From assembly GCA_934647235.1 (NCBI GenBank), contig CAKUFG010000012.1, positions 28,452-60,451 on the forward strand: DNA of 32,000 bases, written 5' to 3'. Below the pieces are notes generated by a model. It had not been told where the DNA came from, searched no databases, and was given only the letters and a program-made list of their open reading frames with translations. Shown here piece by piece: positions 17,539 to 25,219 of the stretch. The position numbers were made by a program, and so were the translations under genes. Position 1 is the stretch's first letter. Each line of letters starts with the position of its first letter. This DNA is from an uncultured Clostridia bacterium. GTDB taxonomy: Bacteria; Bacillota; Clostridia; Christensenellales; Aristaeellaceae.

Positions 17539-18366
17539 ATGCGAAATCTTCAGGCCCTTCAAACCGCCGGACGGCAGCTGTGCTGGCTGCCGCTTTCCTC
17601 CATTCATCCAAACAGCCGCCAGCCGCGCACGGACTTTGACGAGTTTGCGCTGATGGAGCTGGCCGCGTCCATCCGACAGAATGGATTACTGCAGCCCGTC
17701 ACCGTGCGCCCTGCGGCCGAGGGGTATGAGCTGATTATGGGCGAGCGCCGCTGCCGCGCCTGCCGTCTGCTGGGGCACACGCACATCGAGGCCTTTGTGC
17801 TGCCTGCGGACGATCAGGAAAGCGCGCTGCTGGCGCTGGTGGAAAACGTGCAGAGAAAGAACCTGCACTTCTTTGAGGAGGCGGAGGCGCTCTCCCGCCT
17901 GTGCGAGCAGGGCATGGCGCAGGATACCCTGGCCAGGATGCTGGGCAAAAGCGCCAGCGCCATCAATAACCGCCTGCGCCTGCTGCGGCTGGAGCCCAGC
18001 GTGCGCGAGGCCATCTGCGAGGGGCAATTGACCGAGCGGCATGCCCGCGCGCTGCTGTCCCTGCCAGGGGAGGAGCTTCGCCTGCGCGTGGCGCGCGCCG
18101 CCGCAGCGCAGCATCTCAGCGTGCAGAAGACCGAGCAGCTGGTGGCCCGCACGCTGGAAAAGCTGCCCATGCCGCTGACCGGCCGCCGGGTGGTATCGCT
18201 GGCGCGGGATTACCGGCTGTATATCAACGCCATCCGAGGCATTGTGGGGCAGCTGTGCGATACGGGCGTGCAGGCGCAGTGCGAGGTAAGCGAATATGAC
18301 AGCGCGGTGGAGGTGCGCATTGTGCTGCCCCGCAACGCGCGCGAAAAAGCAAGCAGCGCAGTGTAA
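17539..18366 (+). CDS. noc: ParB-family protein with Noc-like architecture (nucleoid occlusion protein-like)
   Basis: Start at MRNLQALQ (17539), with GGAGG 7 nt upstream. It has the ParB/Srx box LIMGERRCRA and an HTH (QDTLARMLGKSASAINNRLRLLRL). The C-terminus RDYRLYINAIRGIVGQLCDTGVQAQCEVSEYDSAVEVRIVLPR is colinear with the B. subtilis Noc C-terminus as I recall it. It occupies the conserved position after rsmG. Confidence 0.7.
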   Translation: MRNLQALQTAGRQLCWLPLSSIHPNSRQPRTDFDEFALMELAASIRQNGLLQPVTVRPAAEGYELIMGERRCRACRLLGHTHIEAFVLPADDQESALLALVENVQRKNLHFFEEAEALSRLCEQGMAQDTLARMLGKSASAINNRLRLLRLEPSVREAICEGQLTERHARALLSLPGEELRLRVARAAAAQHLSVQKTEQLVARTLEKLPMPLTGRRVVSLARDYRLYINAIRGIVGQLCDTGVQAQCEVSEYDSAVEVRIVLPRNAREKASSAV

Positions 18367-18514
18367 AGCTGCGCGGCCGGCGTAAAACTGTTTATGGTTT
18401 GTTCAAGCTTTGGCCATATTTATGGGGTATGCTGAAAGCACCAAGGGGGAGGCGCCAGCTCCCCTTTGTCACCCGGATGGGTGAACCCTCCCTTTCTTTT
18501 CCCATAAAAGCAGC

Positions 18515-18542
18515 GCCCGGAAACAAACATTTGTTTCCGGGC
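18515..18542. terminator. Perfect hairpin between the convergent noc-like and htpG genes (probable htpG terminator)
   Basis: GCCCGGAAACAA-ACAT-TTGTTTCCGGGC, a 12-bp perfect stem. On the minus strand it is followed by GCTGCTTTTATGGG. Confidence 0.6.
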
Positions 18543-18559
18543 ATTGCTTTATGATGGGA

Positions 18560-20443
18560 TTAATCCTCTTTTTCCGCCAGGCGTGCGGCCAGCTGATAGC
18601 TTTGACGAATGAAGGCGCTCAGCTCCTCATTTTCCAGCGGACGGGTGGACATGCGGGCGATATCAAAATACTGCTTGGCCAGCAGCTTCTGCAGCTCGGG
18701 ATCCTTCACCGCAGCCAGCGCGCGGATGGCCCCGCACTTGCTGTTGAGCACCACCTCGGCGCGCTCGGGCAGCTTGAAGCTATCGCCGTACATGGCCGCC
18801 ATCTCACGGTAGCGGCGCATCTGCTCATCCTCCAGCAGCATCAGCGGCAGATCGCCGTCGGCCAGGGGCTGCAGCTTTACCTTCAGCTGTTCGTCGCCCA
18901 GCGCGTCGCGGAACAGCTTCTCCAGCGGCTCCAGCGTCAGATCGCTGCTTTCGGCCTCCTTATCCACCAGGCCGTCCACATCAGCGTCCACGCGGGCGAA
19001 GGTCAGGCCGTCCGCATCCTCCTGCTGCTCCATATGCTGCATGAAGCTGATATCGATGATGGAATCCATCACCACTACATCAATATTGCGCGCGGTGTAC
19101 AGCGCCACCGACGCGGCCTGACGCGCAGCGTCCGTGGTATAATAAACCTTCTTTTCGGTCTTGCCCTCGTTGCGGGCGCGGTATTCCGCCAGCGTCAGAT
19201 ATTCGCCCGCAGTGGTCTTGAACAGGATGCTGCCCTTGACGGCCTCGTGGAACTTGGCGTCGCGGATGCAGCCGTACTTGACGAAGGGATGGATATCGTC
19301 CCAGTAGGTCTGGTACTTTTCGCGTTCGGTGTTCATCAGGCTGTTGAGCTTATCCGCCACCTTCTTGGTGATGTGGGCGGAGAGCTTTCTGACATATCCG
19401 TCGTTCTGCAGGAAGCTGCGGCTGACGTTCAGCGGCAGATCAGGGCAATCCAGCACGCCGCGCAGCAGCAGCAGGAACTCGGGGATGATTTCCTTGATGT
19501 TATCGGCCACGAACACCTGCCGGTTGAACAGCTTGATCTGCCCCTCCTGACCTCCGAAGTCCTTGCGGATGCGGGGAAAGTACAGAATGCCCTTGAGATT
19601 GAAGGGGTAGTCCACGTTCAGGTGAATCCAGAACAGCGGCTCCTCAAAGGTGTGGAACAGCTTGCGGTAGGTATCCTTATATTCTTCCTCGGTGCAGTCG
19701 CGGGGATTTTTCAGCCACAGCGGATGGGTATCGTTGATGGGCTCGGCCGCCTTGGGCGCGGGCGCTTCCTCGCCCTTTTCGGCAGCCTCCTTGGCAGCCT
19801 TTTCGGCTTCCTCGGCCTTGAGCTTTTCATCCTGCACATCCACCAGATAGATGGGCACGGCCATGTAGCCGCAGTAGCGTTCCAGCACCTCGCGCACGCG
19901 CAGGCCGTCCAGGAACTCCTTTTCTTCATCCGTGATATGCAGCGTCACGGTGGTGCCGCGCTCGGTGCGGTCGCTGTCGCTCATCTCATAGGCCATGCCG
20001 TCCTCGCTTTCCCAGCGCACAGCCTTGGCCCCTTCCTGATAGGACAGCGTATCGATGGTTACCTTATCGGCAGGCATAAAGGCCGAATAGAAGCCCAGGC
20101 CGAAGTGGCCGATGATGCCGCCGTCCTTGTCGCCCTGATACTTTTTCAGAAACTCCTCGGCGCTGGAGAAGGCCACCTGGTTGATGTAGCGGTCTACCTC
20201 CTCCGCCGTCATGCCGATGCCGTTGTCGGTGAAGCGCAGCTCCCTGGCCTCGGTATCCACGGTCACGGTGACGCGCAGGTCTTCATCATCGCCTGCGATC
20301 ATGCGGTACTTGGTCACCGCGTCGCAGCCATTGGCCGTCAGCTCGCGGATAAAGATATCCTTATCGGAATACAGCCAGCGCTTGATCACCGGCATGATAT
20401 TTTCAGCATGGATGGAAATATTGCCTTTTTTCATATCGGACAT
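18560..20443 (-). CDS. htpG: Molecular chaperone HtpG (Hsp90)
   Basis: Start at MSDMKKGNISIHAENIM (20443), with GGGAGG 9 nt upstream. It has the GHKL N-domain (FIRELTANGCDA, DNGIGM, GHFGLGFYS). Length is 627 aa. Confidence 0.93.
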   Translation of the reverse strand: MSDMKKGNISIHAENIMPVIKRWLYSDKDIFIRELTANGCDAVTKYRMIAGDDEDLRVTVTVDTEARELRFTDNGIGMTAEEVDRYINQVAFSSAEEFLKKYQGDKDGGIIGHFGLGFYSAFMPADKVTIDTLSYQEGAKAVRWESEDGMAYEMSDSDRTERGTTVTLHITDEEKEFLDGLRVREVLERYCGYMAVPIYLVDVQDEKLKAEEAEKAAKEAAEKGEEAPAPKAAEPINDTHPLWLKNPRDCTEEEYKDTYRKLFHTFEEPLFWIHLNVDYPFNLKGILYFPRIRKDFGGQEGQIKLFNRQVFVADNIKEIIPEFLLLLRGVLDCPDLPLNVSRSFLQNDGYVRKLSAHITKKVADKLNSLMNTEREKYQTYWDDIHPFVKYGCIRDAKFHEAVKGSILFKTTAGEYLTLAEYRARNEGKTEKKVYYTTDAARQAASVALYTARNIDVVVMDSIIDISFMQHMEQQEDADGLTFARVDADVDGLVDKEAESSDLTLEPLEKLFRDALGDEQLKVKLQPLADGDLPLMLLEDEQMRRYREMAAMYGDSFKLPERAEVVLNSKCGAIRALAAVKDPELQKLLAKQYFDIARMSTRPLENEELSAFIRQSYQLAARLAEKED

Positions 20444-20463
20444 TGCAGAAAACCTCCCAGCGG

Positions 20464-20506
20464 TTTGTGGTATTGGCCTTGCGGCCAAACCATATTATAC
20501 CACAAA
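20464..20506 (-). promoter_or_regulatory. htpG promoter (extended -10, TGgTATAAT) embedded in a nested palindrome
   Basis: On the minus strand the -10 TATAAT lies at 20499-20494, preceded by TG. The outer arms TTTGTGGT (20464-20471) / ACCACAAA (20499-20506) enclose the inner hairpin TTGGCC-ttgc-GGCCAA (plus strand). Confidence 0.5.
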
Positions 20507-20641
20507 AGAGAGAAAATGAATACCTTACACTTTTTTCATTTTGTCACACGCGCGTTTGTCCGGCATAGGGTGAAAGTGCGGGGAGCCTTTTCCCTGCGGC
20601 AGACGGCGGCGGCAGCGCCTGTCGCCGCCAGCGGGATGTGA

Positions 20642-20989
20642 ATGAAAATGAGACGCGGCGATATTTACCGCGCCGATCTGGATCCCGTGCTGGGCTCGGA
20701 GCAGGGCGGTGTGCGCCCGGTGCTGATTGTGCAGAACGATCTGGGCAACCTGACCAGCCCCACGGTGATCATCGCGCCCCTGACCTCCCGCAGCAAAAAG
20801 AAAACGCTGCGCACGCACGTGACGGTGGAGCCGCCCGAGGGCGGGCTGAACCGTCCCTCGCAGGTATTGTGCGAGCAGGTGCGCACGCTGGAAAAAAGCA
20901 GGCTGAGCCTGTATCTGGGCCGCCTGTCGGCCGATACGCTGCGCCGGGTGGATGAGGCGCTGGAGCAGGCGCTGGGAACAAGACGCTGA
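20642..20989 (+). CDS. mazF: Type II toxin MazF/PemK, EndoA (NdoA)-type mRNA interferase
   Basis: 115 aa. RGDIYRADLDPVLGSEQGGVRPVLIVQNDLGN...THV...LCEQVRTLEKSRL is nearly colinear with B. subtilis EndoA as I recall it. Confidence 0.9.
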   Translation: MKMRRGDIYRADLDPVLGSEQGGVRPVLIVQNDLGNLTSPTVIIAPLTSRSKKKTLRTHVTVEPPEGGLNRPSQVLCEQVRTLEKSRLSLYLGRLSADTLRRVDEALEQALGTRR

Positions 20990-20995
20990 TAATAG

Positions 20996-21026
20996 AGGGC
21001 TGACGGTGATTTTTCCCGTCAGCCCT
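20996..21026. terminator. Bidirectional terminator between mazF and the Spo0E-like gene
   Basis: Perfect 11-bp stem AGGGCTGACGG / CCGTCAGCCCT with a T-rich loop. Confidence 0.6.
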
Positions 21027-21036
21027 GATTTCATAC

Positions 21037-21213
21037 TTAAACGATTTGTCTTTTGAGGATGTTCCGCCTGCGCCGCGCGGCCGTGCGCCAGCGCAGCAGC
21101 TGAAGTTTATCCACCAAGTGCGTCAAGGTAATGGCATGCTCCAGGGAGCCTTGGGTCATATCCTGATGAATTCTGGCGCGGATCGCGTGGATATTGACCG
21201 AAATAACCTTCAT
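21037..21213 (-). CDS. Spo0E-family-like small protein (58 aa)
   Basis: ATG at 21213 with a perfect AGGAGG 8 nt upstream. MKVISVNIHAIRARIHQDMTQGSLEHAITLTHLVDKLQLLRW... resembles the Spo0E/YnzD/YisI pattern (helix, G, then I.LS.ELD.L). The track ORF 21037..21300 over-extends the N-terminus. Confidence 0.45.
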   Translation of the reverse strand: MKVISVNIHAIRARIHQDMTQGSLEHAITLTHLVDKLQLLRWRTAARRRRNILKRQIV

Positions 21214-21476
21214 TGGTGTTATCCTCCTGTTCTGCAAAATGATTTGCGAAGCCTTCCCGCTTCGTGCAAATAGCATAATGCAAATCAACTGAAACCGCAA
21301 TGACTGCTTTTAGCGCAAAACCGCGAAGACTGTCGAACGCCGTAATTTCATCATTTTTATCCGAATATTATCAGGATTTGTCCATCATTATAACAATAGC
21401 TGGTTACATGCGGCAGAGTTTCCTTTTATATTTTGCTATAGGTCATGAAAGATTTCGCTATACTGCTTCGTTATTA

Positions 21477-21998
21477 TCAGGGGGAGAGCAGGGCTTCAAG
21501 GTCCAGATACGTCCCATCCAGGCAGATCGCTATGCCGATTTCCGCGTCCCGCGCGGCCATTCCCACGCGCTGCCCGCAGCGCAGCGTATCCCCGGCGTGA
21601 ACCGCTGCGGCAGCCAGGCCCGTGCAGAGGATCACCTCGCCGCCGCTGCGCCGATAGGTAATGCTGTCGTCTGAAACCGTCAGCACCTCGCCCGCGCATA
21701 TAGCTGTTACGCTTTGTCCGTAGGCGGCGGGATAGCGCGTATAGGGCTGGATGCGCCACAGACCATGCTCATCGCGGTACGCACCGCGAAAGCCCGCGAT
21801 TGGATTGCCGGGCACAGGACGCGCCCAGATGGCCTCCGCCTGCGCATCCTGCAGGGATTGATCCTGCGCGGCGCGCGCCTCCTGCGCCGCGATGCGCTTC
21901 AGATCGTCCTGCCGGGTATATACCGCCGCAAATACGATGGTCAGCGCGCAGGCCACGGCGGCAATGGCCGTGCCCCATTTATCCAGAAAACGCCGCAT
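21477..21998 (-). CDS. Membrane-anchored protein with a degenerate LytM/M23-like domain (173 aa)
   Basis: Start at MRRFLDKWG (21998), with AGGAGGGG upstream. An N-terminal TM (AIAAVACALTIVFAAVY) is followed by a C-terminal ...VTAICAGEVLTV...VHAGDTLRCGQRVGMA...IAICLDGTYLDLEALL. This matches the M23 beta-fold pattern but lacks the HxxxD and HxH metal ligands. Confidence 0.55.
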   Translation of the reverse strand: MRRFLDKWGTAIAAVACALTIVFAAVYTRQDDLKRIAAQEARAAQDQSLQDAQAEAIWARPVPGNPIAGFRGAYRDEHGLWRIQPYTRYPAAYGQSVTAICAGEVLTVSDDSITYRRSGGEVILCTGLAAAAVHAGDTLRCGQRVGMAARDAEIGIAICLDGTYLDLEALLSP

Positions 21999-22035
21999 AT
22001 TGCCCCTCCTGCATATAGTATGGCGCAGCTTCTCT

Positions 22036-22064
22036 TTGTATATTCGCAGGGAATGTGCTATAAT
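22036..22064 (+). promoter_or_regulatory. Sigma-A promoter for polA
   Basis: TTGTAT (22036-22041), a 17-nt spacer, then TGcTATAAT (-10 at 22059-22064). Confidence 0.55.
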
Positions 22065-22083
22065 AAAAATGGAGGTGTATGCA

Positions 22084-24621
22084 ATGCGCGATACTTTTCT
22101 GATTGTGGACGGCAACAGCCTGATGTACCGGGCCTTCCACGCCCTGCCGCTGATGGATTACAACGGCGTGTATACCAACGCCGCGCACGGCTTTTTAAGC
22201 ATGCTGCTGCGCTGTATCCGCGAGCGCGCGCCCCGCTACTGCGCGGTGGCGTTTGACGAGCATGCGCCTACCTTCCGCCATACCGAATACGCGGAGTACA
22301 AGGCTGGCCGCGCGCCTACGCCGGACGAGCTGCGCCCGCAGTTTGATATTATCAAGGAAATCCTCTCCGCCATGGGGCTGGGCGTGCTGAGCCTGACGGG
22401 CTACGAGGCTGACGACATCCTGGGCACCCTGTCCAGCCAGTGCGCCCAGCGGGATATCGCCGCCCTGCTGCTGACGGGCGACCGCGACGCGCTGCAGCTG
22501 GTCAGCGACGATACCACCCTGCTGCTGACCCGCAAGGGTATCTCCGAAATAGAGGAATGCACGCCCGCCCGCGTGCAGGAGCTGTTCGGCGTGCGGCCCG
22601 ATCAGATTACCGATCTCAAGGGGCTGATGGGCGACAGCTCGGACAACATTCCGGGCATTCCGGGCGTGGGTGAAAAGACCGCCGTCAAGCTGCTGACCAG
22701 CTACGATACGCTGGAAAACGTGCTGGCCCACGCCGATGAAATCAAGGGCAAGCTGGGCGAAAAGGTGCGCGATAACGCCGAAAAGGGACGGTTTTCCAAG
22801 TATCTGGCCACCATCCGGCGCGATATCCCGCTGCAGGTGCATTATGATGCGTGCGAAACCCAGCGTCTGGCCGACGGCCTGCCCGTGCTGTACAAGTACG
22901 GTCTGAACGCCATCGCCCAGCGCATTGAAAAGGAACAAAGCGGCGCGCCCGCGCAGCCCGCTGCCGAAACGATCGTTTTCAGCGATTGGGAGCCGCTGGA
23001 CGCGCAGACGGCCGCCGGAATGGCGCATGCGGGCGATGCAGCCGTATACCTGAGCGAGGAAGAGCTTTCCATTTGCCAGGGCACGCGGCGCGCGCGGGCG
23101 CAGATCACCGGGCAGACGGCGTTGTTCGATATGCCGGGTCTAAGCGGCGATCCATTGGCTGAGTGCACAGCAGTGTGGCGCGGCGCGGTGATCACCCATG
23201 ACGGCAAGCATCTGCTGCACGCCCTGGCCAACGCCGGGCAGCCCCTGCCGCAGATTGCCTATGATACCATGCTGGCCGCCTACGCGATCAATCCGCAGGA
23301 GAAAAGCTACGCGCTGTCCGCCTTCGGCGATGCGGACGCCTCCGGGGTGCTGTCGCTGCGACTGCGCCAGCAAGCGCAGATGAAAGAGCTGGGCGTGGAA
23401 AAGCTCTATGAGCAGATCGAGCTGCCGCTGATGCGCGTGCTCTTTGATATGGAGCGCGAAGGCTTCGCGGTGGACGGCAGCGTGCTGCGCGCCCTGGGCG
23501 AGCAGCTGACCGCGCGCGAGGAGCAGCTGAAAAGCGAAATCTACCGCCTGGCGAACGCGGGCGAGTTTAACATCAACAGCCCCAAGCAGCTGGGCGAGGT
23601 GCTCTTTGGCCAGGATAAGCTGGCGCTGAAGGCAGGCCGCAAGACCAGCAAGGGCTATTCCACCGACGCCGACACGCTGGAGGCCCTGCGCGACGCGCAT
23701 CCCGTCATCCCCTGCATTCTGGAATACCGCCAGGTCAGCAAGCTGCGCAGCACATATATCGACGCGCTGCTGCGCAAAATCGGCCCCGATGGGCGCATTC
23801 ACACCTTCTTTGATCAGACAGGCACGGCCACGGGGCGCATTTCCTCTGCCGAGCCCAACCTGCAGAATATCCCTGTGCGCACGGAGCTGGGGCGTGAAAT
23901 CCGCCGCGCCTTTGTGGCCTCTCCCGGCTGCGTGCTGGTGGATGCGGATTACTCGCAGATTGAGCTGCGCATCCTGGCGCACTTCTCAGGCGATGCGGCC
24001 ATGATCGACGCTTTCCGGCGCGGGCAGGACATCCACGCGCGCACAGCCGCCGAGGTGGCGGGCGTGCCGCTAGAGGATGTAACCCCCACCATGCGCGCCC
24101 ATGCCAAGGCCGTCAATTTCGGCCTGGTCTACGGCATCAGCGATTTCGGCCTGGCGCGCAACACGGGCATGTCCCGCAAGGAGGCTGCGGCCTTCATCGA
24201 AAAGTACTTTGCCACCTATCCCGGCGTGCGCGGCTTTATGGATCGCGCCGTCAAGGAAGGCTATGAAACCGGCATGGCGCGCACGATCTTCGGCCGCGTG
24301 CGCCGGCTGGACGAATTAAAATCGGGCAACGTTAACATCCGCAAGTTCGGCGAGCGCGCCGCCATGAACACCCCCGTGCAGGGAACGGCGGCCGATATCA
24401 TCAAGCTGGCCATGGTGCGCGTGCACGACGCGCTGCGCCAGGGCGGCTTCAAGGCGCGGCTGATCCTGCAGGTGCACGATGAATTGCTCATCGAAGCCCC
24501 GCAGGACGAGGCCGGGCGCGTGGCGCAGCTGCTGCGCGGCTGCATGGAGCATGTGGCCGAGCTGTCCGTGCCGCTGGTGGCCGAGGTAAAGACCGGGAGC
24601 AGCTGGTATGAAACCAAATAA
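22084..24621 (+). CDS. polA: DNA polymerase I
   Basis: Start at MRDTFLIVDGNSLMYRAFHALP (22084), with GGAGG 8 nt upstream. A 5'-nuclease domain is followed by family-A polymerase motifs (DYSQIELR, RxxAKxxNFGxxYG, QVHDEL). Confidence 0.95.
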   Translation: MRDTFLIVDGNSLMYRAFHALPLMDYNGVYTNAAHGFLSMLLRCIRERAPRYCAVAFDEHAPTFRHTEYAEYKAGRAPTPDELRPQFDIIKEILSAMGLGVLSLTGYEADDILGTLSSQCAQRDIAALLLTGDRDALQLVSDDTTLLLTRKGISEIEECTPARVQELFGVRPDQITDLKGLMGDSSDNIPGIPGVGEKTAVKLLTSYDTLENVLAHADEIKGKLGEKVRDNAEKGRFSKYLATIRRDIPLQVHYDACETQRLADGLPVLYKYGLNAIAQRIEKEQSGAPAQPAAETIVFSDWEPLDAQTAAGMAHAGDAAVYLSEEELSICQGTRRARAQITGQTALFDMPGLSGDPLAECTAVWRGAVITHDGKHLLHALANAGQPLPQIAYDTMLAAYAINPQEKSYALSAFGDADASGVLSLRLRQQAQMKELGVEKLYEQIELPLMRVLFDMEREGFAVDGSVLRALGEQLTAREEQLKSEIYRLANAGEFNINSPKQLGEVLFGQDKLALKAGRKTSKGYSTDADTLEALRDAHPVIPCILEYRQVSKLRSTYIDALLRKIGPDGRIHTFFDQTGTATGRISSAEPNLQNIPVRTELGREIRRAFVASPGCVLVDADYSQIELRILAHFSGDAAMIDAFRRGQDIHARTAAEVAGVPLEDVTPTMRAHAKAVNFGLVYGISDFGLARNTGMSRKEAAAFIEKYFATYPGVRGFMDRAVKEGYETGMARTIFGRVRRLDELKSGNVNIRKFGERAAMNTPVQGTAADIIKLAMVRVHDALRQGGFKARLILQVHDELLIEAPQDEAGRVAQLLRGCMEHVAELSVPLVAEVKTGSSWYETK

Positions 24622-25219
24622 ACCGTATGTGCTGGGGCTGACAGGCGGCATCGCCTGCGGCAAATCCTATGTGGCGCGGCTGCTGCGCCAGCGCGGCATT
24701 CCCGTGCTGGATGCGGATGCGATTTCCCGCAGCCTGACCGCCCCCGGCGGCGAGGCGCTGCCCGCCGTCCGTGCCGCCTTTGGCGACCAGGTATTTGACG
24801 GCGATACGCTCAACCGCCGCGCCCTTGGCGAGGTGGTCTTTGCCGATCCCGCCGCGCGCAAGCGGCTGGAGGGCATCCTGCACCCGCTGATCATCCGCCA
24901 CATGCAGCGCGAAACGGAGGCCTCCGGCGCGCCGCTGGTCGCCTGGGATGTGCCGCTGCTTTATGAAACCGGTATGGACGCGCAGTGCGACGAGGTATGG
25001 TGCGTCAGCATCCCGGCAGGCATGCAGGCGCGCCGCGTGATGCGGCGGGATCATCTGTCCCGCCCGCAGGCACTGCGCCGCATGGCAAGCCAGCTGCCGC
25101 TGGCCGAAAAGCGCCGCCGCGCCGACCATGTGATCGATACGTCGGGCAATTTCCGCAGCACCAACCGCCGCGTGCGGGGGCTGCTGCGCAATACGCAAAG
25201 GAGAAACCATTTTGAGTAA
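24608..25219 (+). CDS. coaE: Dephospho-CoA kinase
   Basis: LGLTGGIACGKS P-loop at the N-terminus. 203 aa. It overlaps the polA 3' end by 14 nt. Confidence 0.88.
   Translation: MKPNKPYVLGLTGGIACGKSYVARLLRQRGIPVLDADAISRSLTAPGGEALPAVRAAFGDQVFDGDTLNRRALGEVVFADPAARKRLEGILHPLIIRHMQRETEASGAPLVAWDVPLLYETGMDAQCDEVWCVSIPAGMQARRVMRRDHLSRPQALRRMASQLPLAEKRRRADHVIDTSGNFRSTNRRVRGLLRNTQRRNHFE

Noticed and set aside
18515-18542. Hairpin GCCCGGAAACAAACATTTGTTTCCGGGC as a parS or Noc-binding site next to the noc-like gene
   Set aside because: The TGTTTCC / GGAAACA halves face outward and are separated by a loop, whereas parS (TGTTTCAC|GTGAAACA) and NBS (ATTTCCC|GGGAAAT) are contiguous. Its position between convergent stops fits a terminator.
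21300-21674. 124-aa plus-strand ORF starting in the AT-rich spacer, and the 75-aa ORF 21046..21273
   Set aside because: Neither has an SD, and both run antisense into better-supported genes (the LytM-like and Spo0E-like genes). Their composition is atypical.
22084-24621. PolA looked short in the central 3'-5' exonuclease region, raising the possibility of a pseudogene or fusion
   Set aside because: The reading frame is uninterrupted, and both the 5'-nuclease and the polymerase motifs are intact. A reduced or inactive proofreading domain is normal for Firmicutes Pol I.
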